This document shows positions 37,994 through 46,989 of a DNA stretch of 64,000 bases, one piece after another. The notes beneath the pieces were generated by a model that was not told the DNA's origin, searched no databases, and saw only the letters and a list, made by a program, of their open reading frames with translations. Every line of letters begins with the position of its first letter. Positions within the stretch are counted from its first letter, which is position 1. The position numbers and the translations under genes are program-made. The stretch covers positions 133,970-197,969 of the forward strand of contig JAFLBX010000001.1 in the NCBI GenBank assembly GCA_017303675.1, written 5' to 3'. Origin of the DNA: Ignavibacteria bacterium (GTDB lineage: Bacteria > Bacteroidota > Ignavibacteria > Tepidaquicellales > OLB5).

Positions 37994-39711
37994 AAACTTT
38001 AATATTATTTATTGCTCTTAGCTATTCTGTTTATGGACAGTCACTCGCTCCGGCGCAAAGCATATTTATGCAGGGCAATAATATTAACTCTGTTTTCAGA
38101 ACAGATGGCTATTTTAACTACGATAAAGTAACTTTCCTGAATGGAAACGGAGGTTTTTTATGGCCTGTAACTTCACCTATACGAATGAGTGCTATTTTTA
38201 CAACGGGTATCTGGATCGGCACAAAAGCGGGTCCGCAGCGTGAACTAAGGCTTGCGGCATCTACATATAATTCCCATTATTCACCCGGTAATATTCCCGT
38301 AATTGGTCAAGTACCGCCGTCATCAGTTTGCACAGATCCTTCCTGGCGGGGATATTATGTACATTTAAATGATCCTGCTCTTTTTAACGGCGGCACGAGA
38401 TATAAGATGGCAGGAGGGAGACAATATACCTTCAATTATGATTCCTGGGCAAGCTGGCCCGTGCAGAAAGGTGCGCCATATGTTGAAGTAAACGGTATAC
38501 CCGGTTACCAGCCTGCATGGAATGGGGACAGACCTGGTATCGGTAACGGTATGTCAGCAAGACCTGAAGAAATATTATTTATGGTATTTATGGATTATAC
38601 TAACTGCACTGATTCCATTCACACAAGCGAAATGAGTTTACCCGGGGGTTCAAAACCATTAGGAGTAGAAATTCAACAAATAGTTTTCAATTTCAATTGT
38701 TTCCCATTGCGTGATATGTATTTTGTAAAATACAGAATAATAAATAAAAGTTCATTGGTTTGGGATAGTACCTATATAGGTATTTGCAGTGATACCGATC
38801 TGGGCGATGCCGGTGATGATGTAACCGGATGTGATACAACAAGAAATATGGGATTTGTATATAATTATGATAATAATGACCCGATTTACGGAACAAATCC
38901 TCCAGCAGTTGGTATTAGGCTGCTGCAAAGTCCTTTGCGTTTTACAGGTTCAAACTCTGATACTGTAAAACTGCCTTATGATACTCTAATAGGTTATAAA
39001 TCAATTGGTATGAGTTCGCATATGTCATTTAAAAATAACGGGCCTTGCTATTCAGATCCATCTGATGCTGTAACCGCATACAATCTTTTATCCGGTTTTA
39101 ATGGATGTGGTGAACAATTGATAAATTGGGTAACAGGTCAGCCAACAAAATTCCTATACAGCGGAAATGCCTGTCAGCGCACAGGCTGGTACGATAGTAA
39201 TTCCCAGGATGTAAAAAATTTTATCGGCTCAGGCCCGTATATTATGAATTCCGGTGATACACAAATTGTAATGACAAGTTTTATGATCACACATGAAGGA
39301 GGCAATAATCTGCAGAATGTTTGTGCATTACAGACTCTTTCCGATACTGCTCTGTCAAACTATTACAGGGATTTTTCTAATTGTATTCCCATAGGTATCG
39401 AACCAATAAGCAGTGAAATCCCTCAAAAATTTGAGCTGGCACAGAATTATCCAAATCCGTTTAATCCTGTTACAAAATTTCGATTCTCCATTCCCCTCTC
39501 AAGAGGTGTGGACGGCATAGCCGGACGGGGTGTGTTGCTTAAAATTTACGATGTACTTGGCAAGGAAATTTCCGTTCTGGTAAACGAGCAGCTCAAGCCC
39601 GGCATTTATGAAATTGACTGGAACGCTGAGAACATACCAAGCGGCGTATATTTTTATTCACTCATAACAAATGAATTTACCCAAACAAAAAAAATGGTGG
39701 TGGTAAAATAG
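37990..39711 (+). CDS. T9SS-sorted Cys-rich secreted protein, family A paralog 4
   Basis: 573 aa and the most diverged A copy. The CTD ends KKMVVVK-TAG. This is the last gene of the array. Confidence 0.85.
   Translation: MKTLILFIALSYSVYGQSLAPAQSIFMQGNNINSVFRTDGYFNYDKVTFLNGNGGFLWPVTSPIRMSAIFTTGIWIGTKAGPQRELRLAASTYNSHYSPGNIPVIGQVPPSSVCTDPSWRGYYVHLNDPALFNGGTRYKMAGGRQYTFNYDSWASWPVQKGAPYVEVNGIPGYQPAWNGDRPGIGNGMSARPEEILFMVFMDYTNCTDSIHTSEMSLPGGSKPLGVEIQQIVFNFNCFPLRDMYFVKYRIINKSSLVWDSTYIGICSDTDLGDAGDDVTGCDTTRNMGFVYNYDNNDPIYGTNPPAVGIRLLQSPLRFTGSNSDTVKLPYDTLIGYKSIGMSSHMSFKNNGPCYSDPSDAVTAYNLLSGFNGCGEQLINWVTGQPTKFLYSGNACQRTGWYDSNSQDVKNFIGSGPYIMNSGDTQIVMTSFMITHEGGNNLQNVCALQTLSDTALSNYYRDFSNCIPIGIEPISSEIPQKFELAQNYPNPFNPVTKFRFSIPLSRGVDGIAGRGVLLKIYDVLGKEISVLVNEQLKPGIYEIDWNAENIPSGVYFYSLITNEFTQTKKMVVVK
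39493..39523 (+). repeat. in-frame GC-rich double hairpin element, copy 4 (first stem degenerate)
   Basis: CCCCTCTCAAGAGGTG, then CGGC-ATA-GCCG (39513-39523). Confidence 0.45.
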
Positions 39712-39740
39712 ATTTTACAATTTGATTCATCAACCAAAAT

Positions 39741-39772
39741 GGTGTCAGGTATATACCTGACACCACTTTTTT
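39741..39772 (+). terminator. strong intrinsic terminator ending the six-gene array
   Basis: Perfect 24-nt palindrome GGTGTCAGGTAT/ATACCTGACACC, followed two nt later by T6. Confidence 0.75.
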
Positions 39773-39828
39773 AATGTAAACAGGTCATATTAATTTTTAC
39801 ATTTAAATTGATGTAACTCCATTATATT

Positions 39829-42285
39829 TTGGGCTTTAAAATTAAAAAATTGATGAATTCAGCCCAAAATCCGGTTTCAGTTTCAAAAAATAATTATATT
39901 GGAATATTCCTCGTAGCGCTTTCAACCTTAATGTATGAAATACTGCTTACGCGTATTTTCAGCGTTACTATGGGTTATCATTTTGCGTTTATGGCAGTAT
40001 CTCTGGCAATGTTCGGTATGACTGTTGGAGCTATAATTGTTTATATATTCCCTCATAAATTCCCACAGGAAAAAATAAATATTATATTAACAAAACAGGC
40101 GTTTTATTTCAGTATAGCAACACTTTTAAGCTTTTTAATTCATCTGTTCATTCCCTTCATTCACGGTATGTCCTTATTGGGAATGGCTGTAACTGCGTTT
40201 ACTTATGCAGAAATTTCCGTGCCATTCGTATTCAGCGGAATATGTATCTCGCTGCTTTTAACACGATTCCCTGCATCAGTTAACAAGCTTTATGCCGCTG
40301 ATCTGATAGGTGCTTCATTGGGCTGTATTCTTGTGGTAGTGGTGCTTAATGTTTCAGGCGGACCCACAGGTGTATTTATTACTGCGCTGTTTTCTGCTGC
40401 AGCAGCATATACCTTCAGCCGAAACTCTGAAATAAAAACATCGATCGGTAAATCCATTGCAGTATTTTCTCTTGTAATACTTGTATTTTCGGTATTTCAT
40501 ACAGTTCTTGTTCAAAAACATGAACCGCTTCTCAGATTATTCTGGGTTCGCGGTGAATGGGCTGAAAAGCCTTTATATGAAAAATGGAACTCGTTCAGCC
40601 GTGTAAGCATTGATGGCGACTCAACCAAATATGAAACGCCGTTTGGCTGGGGTTTAAGCAATAAGTATGACCGCTCAAGGAAAATACGTCAGCTTATGCT
40701 GAATATCGATGCGCATTCAACAACAGTGCTTTCGCACTTTAACGGAGATACATCAGAGCTTTCGCATTTAAAATATGATGTATCGAACCTTGCACAATAT
40801 ATGCGTCCTAACGGCGATATAATGATCATCGGCAGCGGCGCAGGGCGCGATGTGCTTTCATCACTGGCATTTGGGCAAAAAAATATCCTAGGCATTGAAA
40901 TAAATAAGGATATGATAAGCGCTATCAATAATGATTTTGGCAATTTTACCGGGCACCTTGATAAATATCCGCATGTTGAGTTTGTCGGTGATGAAGCCCG
41001 AAGTTATATTCAGAGAATGGATAGCTCCCGGAAATTCGATATCATACAGGTTTCAGTAATTGATAACTGGTCTGCTGCAGCATCAGGTGCATTTGTACTC
41101 ACGGAAAACGCATTATACACCACAGAAACCTGGAAGCTGCTCTTTAGCAGGCTGAAACCTGATGGAATATTAACCGTTACCCGTTTTTACCGTGCAAAGC
41201 CAATTGAACATTACAGGCTAATGAACATAACTGCTGATGCTCTTTTGGAATCCGGTATCAAAGATATCCGCAGCCATGTTATGCTGATAAAATGCCAGCA
41301 GCAGGAACGACTCGAGGACAGAAGCGGCACTGGTACACTTCTAATCAGCAAAACACCGTTCAGCAGCAAAGATCTGAACATGGTTGATAGTCTTTGCAGA
41401 ACATTTGAATTTGAAGATATCATTTCTCCCCGAAATGCGGCAGACTCGGTTTTTGTTAAGCTCACAAATGAAAACCTAAGGGGTAACCTTAATAATAACT
41501 TTCCGCTAGATATCACTTCACCAAGCGATGATAAGCCTTTTTTCTTCCATTATATGAATTTTACAGACCTGCCAAATACTCAATTATGGAATATGTGGGA
41601 TATGGGCTTTAATGCAAAAGCTATATTCATCCTGCTGACTCTTGCCGGTACAATGGGATTTTTATCTCTTTTGTGTATAATTGTTCCGCTTAAGCTTACC
41701 GCCAAAAAGATTCAGCTTAAAGGCACTTCATCATTCTTTATCTATTTTACCGGTCTTGGTCTAGGCTTTATGCTTATAGAAATTTCACAGATACAGAGGC
41801 TTAATATATTCCTTGGTCACCCGACATTTAGCCTTGCGGCGGCACTGTTTACAATGCTGCTTTCAAGCGGAATAGGCAGCTTTTTAAGCGGGGCTGATAA
41901 ACCCGGTGCTGCAGGAAAAAGTAAATTGAGGTTTATTATATTGATGATCATACTGGTATTATTTGGTCTATTTACACCTTATATAGTTGAAACTTTCAGG
42001 GAGTATTCAACTGAAATCAGGGTTTTGGTTTCTGTACTTATACTTTTTCCAATGGGATTATTCCTCGGAATGGCATTCCCGATCGGTATGAAACTTGCCG
42101 GTGAAAAGGCTCCCGGAATTACACCGTGGTTATGGGGTATTAATGGTGTAATGAGTGTTCTTGCAACTGTACTTTCAATAATAATCGCAATGAATTACGG
42201 AATTTCATCTTCTTATTGGGCCGGAGCAATATGTTATTTAGCAGCGTTTGCTGCGCTGCTTTCTTTTACAAAAAAGAGAGCTTAA
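39829..42285 (+). CDS. spermidine synthase-like (class I MTase fold) protein flanked by two polytopic membrane modules
   Basis: The N-terminal module carries YEILLTRIFSVTMGYHFAFMAVSLAMFGMTVGA. The central part has IIGSGAGRDVLSSLAFGQKNILGIEIN, a Rossmann motif. The C-terminal module repeats the membrane motif (LIEISQIQRLNIFLGHPTFSLAAALFTMLLSSGIGS). The start is TTG 39829 or ATG 39853. Confidence 0.7.
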   Translation: MGFKIKKLMNSAQNPVSVSKNNYIGIFLVALSTLMYEILLTRIFSVTMGYHFAFMAVSLAMFGMTVGAIIVYIFPHKFPQEKINIILTKQAFYFSIATLLSFLIHLFIPFIHGMSLLGMAVTAFTYAEISVPFVFSGICISLLLTRFPASVNKLYAADLIGASLGCILVVVVLNVSGGPTGVFITALFSAAAAYTFSRNSEIKTSIGKSIAVFSLVILVFSVFHTVLVQKHEPLLRLFWVRGEWAEKPLYEKWNSFSRVSIDGDSTKYETPFGWGLSNKYDRSRKIRQLMLNIDAHSTTVLSHFNGDTSELSHLKYDVSNLAQYMRPNGDIMIIGSGAGRDVLSSLAFGQKNILGIEINKDMISAINNDFGNFTGHLDKYPHVEFVGDEARSYIQRMDSSRKFDIIQVSVIDNWSAAASGAFVLTENALYTTETWKLLFSRLKPDGILTVTRFYRAKPIEHYRLMNITADALLESGIKDIRSHVMLIKCQQQERLEDRSGTGTLLISKTPFSSKDLNMVDSLCRTFEFEDIISPRNAADSVFVKLTNENLRGNLNNNFPLDITSPSDDKPFFFHYMNFTDLPNTQLWNMWDMGFNAKAIFILLTLAGTMGFLSLLCIIVPLKLTAKKIQLKGTSSFFIYFTGLGLGFMLIEISQIQRLNIFLGHPTFSLAAALFTMLLSSGIGSFLSGADKPGAAGKSKLRFIILMIILVLFGLFTPYIVETFREYSTEIRVLVSVLILFPMGLFLGMAFPIGMKLAGEKAPGITPWLWGINGVMSVLATVLSIIIAMNYGISSSYWAGAICYLAAFAALLSFTKKRA

Positions 42286-42309
42286 TTATCATTTACGCAA
42301 AATAAAAAA

Positions 42310-42331
42310 GACCTGCCGCTGTTGGCAGGTC
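42310..42331. terminator. bidirectional intrinsic terminator
   Basis: GACCTGCC-GCTGTT-GGCAGGTC, flanked by A6 and T6, between convergent genes. Confidence 0.65.
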
Positions 42332-42371
42332 TTTTTTATTTACCTTATAATACTTTTACATTATGATACTT

Positions 42372-43304
42372 TTACTTGGTTGGTTTAGGCGGAATAAAAT
42401 CTGATCGTTTTTTCATCAGCTGTGATGCTAATGCAGCAAATAATTTAAACAGCTGGTTATTTCCGCTTACCTGAGTTATATATGAAGCAACAGCATTCGG
42501 ATCAGTCTGTGCTTCTTTATATAAATTTATCACTGTTGGCTGGCCTGCCCCGTTAATAGTAACTGTGTAAGTTGGCACCGGGAATGTTGTCATGACAGTA
42601 TCTTTAAAATCATCAGTGTTAAAGTTTGCCAGCAGATTTAAAAACCCTTCCATAACAGAAGAAGATACTGAATCACCAGCGATACTCCACTTACCAGCTG
42701 AATCCTTTGCAACCGTAAAATCTACTTTATTTGAATCAGAGGATTTAAATGAGACTGAGTTTACTGTAAACGGCTGGATTGACAAGATAAATTTATTCCT
42801 GTAATCTTTTGATGGCTTTGTAAACAAAGCGGATGTTAATTCAGAAGCCAGTAAGATCCTGTTCTCTTCCGGTTTTTTGATATAGGAATTATTTGTAGAT
42901 TGTGTTTTACCCAGTATAAAAGTACCCAGCAGCTTTCCTTCCTGGTATGTTGAGATCAGGGAATTATTCACTGAATCCAGATAGCTGTTGAATTTAGCCG
43001 GATTTTCCGAGGCAATACTTTCAATTGTAAAATTTTTCAGATCTTTTAAAAGCAAATATACATTTGTAGTATCAGCAGGATAGTTTATTGGCTTAGTCAG
43101 CTGCCACTGGTTGTTAATTTTTTCCAGTACCACAGTCTCACCTGTTTTTACAATTTCAATTTTATCAATTTTGGATGAATCTGCTACAAACAGCTTCGCA
43201 TCGATTTTTTCAGTTGATACTTTTTCGCCGGTTCTGAAGAACAGGAAATATAATGCAATAAGTACCGCGAAAACTGCAAGTAATATTTTAATTGTTTTAT
43301 TCAT
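42372..43304 (-). CDS. DUF4340-like protein (last gene of GldG-type ABC operon)
   Basis: 310 aa with an N-terminal TM anchor and a beta-rich remainder. Its position directly after a GldG-like gene matches the usual DUF4340 synteny. The family name is from memory. Confidence 0.5.
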   Translation of the reverse strand: MNKTIKILLAVFAVLIALYFLFFRTGEKVSTEKIDAKLFVADSSKIDKIEIVKTGETVVLEKINNQWQLTKPINYPADTTNVYLLLKDLKNFTIESIASENPAKFNSYLDSVNNSLISTYQEGKLLGTFILGKTQSTNNSYIKKPEENRILLASELTSALFTKPSKDYRNKFILSIQPFTVNSVSFKSSDSNKVDFTVAKDSAGKWSIAGDSVSSSVMEGFLNLLANFNTDDFKDTVMTTFPVPTYTVTINGAGQPTVINLYKEAQTDPNAVASYITQVSGNNQLFKLFAALASQLMKKRSDFIPPKPTK

Positions 43305-43356
43305 ATACTGCTGTAATTATATCTTTTCTATTGATTTCTTTGGTTAATAATTTCTA

Positions 43357-45084
43357 TCAGTTTTTAGCTGCTTTTTTTCTTCTCCATTTAAACAAACCGT
43401 ATAACAGAACAAGTACCGGCGGTCCGGCAAGCATTCCGTATTTTACAATGGTTTTCGTACTGTCTTCAATGGAATCAAGCGGTTTGGGATTTGAATCTTT
43501 CATTCTGATAGCAGAAAGTCCTGCATCATCACTCATATAGTCTATCATATTTGCAAAGAAAAGAAGGCTTTCATCAGGTCCGCGGAAATCATCCTGGGGA
43601 AAATCGCCGTTGCCAAGAACTATAATTTTTGATGCCGGGCTTTCGGGTTTTACACTCGTTTGAGGCGCATTTGAACCTGCAGCAGTATCTGCCGGGATCG
43701 GCTTTCCGTTATAAAAGCTTTTAAATACACCTTCATATATTGCTCCAACATTCAGATCTTTTGCTTTGAACATTGTATCAGGCAGCATTTGCCCTGAAGC
43801 CTGAACAATAGCAAATTCATTTGAAACACCGGTTTTTGGAGATGTAGTTAACAGTGGAAGAGCTTTTATACCTTTACTTCCAGCTGCATTAATATCAATA
43901 TCACTTGTAAATCCTAAAAATACCTGACCTATATTTGCGAAAGAAGGAATATCACGGTTTATGTTCACGATTTTCGGATAATACGGGAATGGTATTTGTG
44001 TATACATCTGAATTGGGCCCTGCTGAACAGGAACCTGGACAAATGCGCATTCTTTATCAGTGATAATTGTATTGTTCAGTTTTACGCCATAATTATCAAG
44101 CATATCTTCAAGACCGGTCTGAACAACTTGAGCGATCTGGAACTGCTGTTGTGATGCAACATTAACACGGCTCATCATGAACATTACTTTGCCGCCATTC
44201 ATAATATACTGATCTATAGCAAACTTGATATTTTCAGGAATGACCGGAGGAGGAGCCTGCTGCTGACCCATCATTTGCTGCTGCTGAGGAGCTTTCGGTG
44301 AAAACACTACCAATGTCTTTATATCAGCAGGTATAGGATTATTTTTGGAAGCATCTACATTTGTAACATTATAGAATTTGGATAAATATTGATTAACCTT
44401 GCTTATCTTTTCTACACCTGGCATACCATCACCTGATAGAATACCGATCTTTTTAAGCTCAGGTTGTGTCAGCCTGTTAATAACGCCTGTTATTTCATAC
44501 TCAAGGTTATCTGTGCTGCCAATGAAGGGAATAGCTTCCTGCTTTCCGCCATATAGTAAAACAACACCCATATAAGCTTTTAGCGCTTCTGCCCTGTCAT
44601 TTTTCACGGTCTGCACCTGTACCGGCTGAATACCGTATTTCTGAGCTTCTTTTTCCAGCTCATCCTGGTCACTTGGACTGATGATCTCGTATGTAATTTT
44701 TCCGTTGGCGGCATTGCGGTAATCATCCAGCAATTCCTGCAGGTACCTGCGGTTATTGTTATACGGAGCAGGTAAATTATCCGTGAAGTAAGCTTTTACA
44801 ACAAGCTTATCATCAAGCTTAGATACAATTGATTTACTTGCATCAGAAAGCGTATAAATTTTATTCGGAGTCAGATCCCAGCGGAAAAATACCTGTACTG
44901 CTATTACATTCAGCACTACAAGAATACCTGCTACCAGTAAAACGCTTAATATTGCCTGGCGGCGTTTTGATTCGGTCTTCTTTTTTCTGCCGGTTAACCG
45001 TTCATCCTGTTCAATCTCTTCGGATGATTCTTCGGTAACTTCCTCTTCTTTTAATTCGTCTTTATTTTCTAATTCTTCAGCCAT
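43357..45084 (-). CDS. GldG-like ABC transporter accessory protein
   Basis: 575 aa. An acidic N-terminus is followed by a TM, a large periplasmic domain with a poly-Q linker and a C-terminal TM. The gene follows the ABC-2 permease and ATPase genes. Confidence 0.7.
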   Translation of the reverse strand: MAEELENKDELKEEEVTEESSEEIEQDERLTGRKKKTESKRRQAILSVLLVAGILVVLNVIAVQVFFRWDLTPNKIYTLSDASKSIVSKLDDKLVVKAYFTDNLPAPYNNNRRYLQELLDDYRNAANGKITYEIISPSDQDELEKEAQKYGIQPVQVQTVKNDRAEALKAYMGVVLLYGGKQEAIPFIGSTDNLEYEITGVINRLTQPELKKIGILSGDGMPGVEKISKVNQYLSKFYNVTNVDASKNNPIPADIKTLVVFSPKAPQQQQMMGQQQAPPPVIPENIKFAIDQYIMNGGKVMFMMSRVNVASQQQFQIAQVVQTGLEDMLDNYGVKLNNTIITDKECAFVQVPVQQGPIQMYTQIPFPYYPKIVNINRDIPSFANIGQVFLGFTSDIDINAAGSKGIKALPLLTTSPKTGVSNEFAIVQASGQMLPDTMFKAKDLNVGAIYEGVFKSFYNGKPIPADTAAGSNAPQTSVKPESPASKIIVLGNGDFPQDDFRGPDESLLFFANMIDYMSDDAGLSAIRMKDSNPKPLDSIEDSTKTIVKYGMLAGPPVLVLLYGLFKWRRKKAAKN

Positions 45085-45131
45085 ATTTGTATATTAAAGA
45101 TACTTGTTATTAAATTAATATAATTACCGGT

Positions 45132-45854
45132 TTACCACTTTCTGCTTTCAAGTGAAACCTTTGTTAAGAAGATCGTGAAAAATATCATAGAGAAGTAATA
45201 AATAAGCACTCGTGAATCGATAACTCCCCTGGATATATTGCTTAAATGATAGTCGGTAGTTAAATATTCAAAAAAGGAAACTACTGATGTCGGGAAAACT
45301 ATAAGCAGCTTTCCGAAAAGGAAAAAGAATAAACAGATAAGCACGCTTACAATAAATGCAATGATCTGGTTTTCGGTGAGTGATGAAACAAATACACCTA
45401 TACCGATAAAGAACGCGCTCATCAATATGTAGCCTAACAGGCTTGTTAAGAACGGCCAGAAAGGAATGGGTCCGATCATTTTAATGATAATGAAATATAA
45501 AACTGTAGGTGAAAGCGTTATAACTATCAGTGTGAGCGCTGAGAGATATTTGCCGAGAATAAGCTCAATATCAGTGACTGGCTTGGTAAGCAGCAGCTCA
45601 AGGGTTCCCTGTTTCTTTTCTTCAGAAAAGCTGCGCATTGTGATAGCCGGAATAAACACAACAAAGAGCACAAGCTGGATAAAGAAGCTGCCGAAAAATT
45701 CCCTCATTGAAGCTATATTTATCTGGAAGAAGCTCATTGTGAACAGGAATCCGGATATTGCCATAAACACTATCATAACAATATAAGCTACCGGGGAATT
45801 AAAGTATGATTTAAGCTCTTTTGTAAAAATTGTTTTTATATTCTGTGTATTCAT
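45132..45854 (-). CDS. ABC-2 type transporter permease (GldF-like)
   Basis: 240 aa with 6 TM helices. FNSPVAYIV and FSEEKKQGTLELLLT are typical ABC-2 / GldF-like N-terminal motifs. Confidence 0.75.
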   Translation of the reverse strand: MNTQNIKTIFTKELKSYFNSPVAYIVMIVFMAISGFLFTMSFFQINIASMREFFGSFFIQLVLFVVFIPAITMRSFSEEKKQGTLELLLTKPVTDIELILGKYLSALTLIVITLSPTVLYFIIIKMIGPIPFWPFLTSLLGYILMSAFFIGIGVFVSSLTENQIIAFIVSVLICLFFFLFGKLLIVFPTSVVSFFEYLTTDYHLSNISRGVIDSRVLIYYFSMIFFTIFLTKVSLESRKW

Positions 45855-45858
45855 AGTA

Positions 45859-46794
45859 TTACTTTGTTAACTCCCTGAATATATCTTCTAATGATGATTG
45901 TTTTGTCTGCATTGAAAGCACCGTTGCCTTTTGCTGCATTACTTTGTTTGAAATTACTTCCCTGAGATCAGCGCCTTTATCACCAAAAATATTGAAAACA
46001 AATGAATCGCCGGTATCTTTTACGAATTCAACTTTGTTAACATTCCTGATCTCTTTTAAAGCGCCGCTAAGTGCAGATTTATCACAGTTGTTCTTAACTT
46101 CAAGAGTTACTACGCTTTGACCTTTTGATTTTGCCTGCAGCTCTTCAGGTGTACCGTCAGCAACGATCTTTCCCTTATTAATGATAATTACCCTGTTACA
46201 TGTTGCTGTTACTTCTGAAAGGATGTGGGTTGAAAGAACTACAGTTTTTTCCCTGCCAAGCTTTTTTATCAGGTTCCTTATCTCGATGATCTGGTTCGGA
46301 TCAAGCCCTGAAGTCGGCTCATCAAGTATCAGGACATCAGGATTATTGATCATAGCCTGGGCAAGCCCTACACGCTGCTTGAACCCTTTGGATAAAGTTC
46401 CGATATCTTTATGTCTTACTGAATCAAGTCCGCAAACCTTAATCATCTCTTCGCGTCTTTTTTTGATATCAGCTGCGGGAATACCATCGAGCTTCGCAAC
46501 AAAATCCAGGTAATCAACCGGGTTCATATCATAGTATAGCGGATTGAGCTCAGGCAGATAGCCAAGCTTTTTCCTTACTTCAAGAGATTTATCTTCAACA
46601 TCAAAACCATCAACTACTACTGTGCCTGATGTTGGCGGAAGATAAGTTGTAATTATCTTCATGGTAGTGGATTTTCCGGCGCCGTTTGGCCCTAAAAATC
46701 CAAGGATCTCTCCTTTTTTTGCTTCGAACGAAATATCATCAACGGCAAGATAGTCACCATAGTATTTCGTTAAATTGTTTACTTTTATTGACAT
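45859..46794 (-). CDS. ABC transporter ATP-binding protein (GldA-like)
   Basis: Walker A GPNGAGKST, signature LSKGFKQR, Walker B LILDEPTSGLD and H-loop STHIL. Confidence 0.9.
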   Translation of the reverse strand: MSIKVNNLTKYYGDYLAVDDISFEAKKGEILGFLGPNGAGKSTTMKIITTYLPPTSGTVVVDGFDVEDKSLEVRKKLGYLPELNPLYYDMNPVDYLDFVAKLDGIPAADIKKRREEMIKVCGLDSVRHKDIGTLSKGFKQRVGLAQAMINNPDVLILDEPTSGLDPNQIIEIRNLIKKLGREKTVVLSTHILSEVTATCNRVIIINKGKIVADGTPEELQAKSKGQSVVTLEVKNNCDKSALSGALKEIRNVNKVEFVKDTGDSFVFNIFGDKGADLREVISNKVMQQKATVLSMQTKQSSLEDIFRELTK

Positions 46795-46989
46795 AAATTA
46801 TAAATTTTGAACTTAATTCATATAAAAAAGACGTAAAATTCCCTGTTTTTTGTTAGCTGGCTCCTTGAAAAAAAAGGCTTAAAAAGCCAATATTATCGGG
46901 TGGATAAGCACAATTATATAGATTTTATCACTTTTAAAAAAGGGATAAGTTGGGTATAATAACCTGCAGAAAAATACAACAAACACACA

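Noticed and set aside
28630-39711. Regularly spaced direct repeats that could be mistaken for a CRISPR array or satellite.
   Set aside because: The repeats are about 170-450 nt long, spaced about 1.7-3.8 kb apart, and lie in frame within long ORFs that have signal peptides and sorting domains. They are the 3' ends of paralogous genes, not a CRISPR array.
28630-39711. A diversity-generating retroelement as the source of variation among the A paralogs.
   Set aside because: No reverse transcriptase or template/variable repeat pair is present in the window. Differences among copies include indels and substitutions of all base types rather than adenine-specific changes.
46876-46888. GGCTT-AAAA-AGCC hairpin with a minus-strand T8 as terminator of the gene at 46990.
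   Set aside because: The stem is only 4-5 bp and lies about 100 nt from the stop codon. This is too weak to call and could equally be part of the gldA-like operon promoter region.
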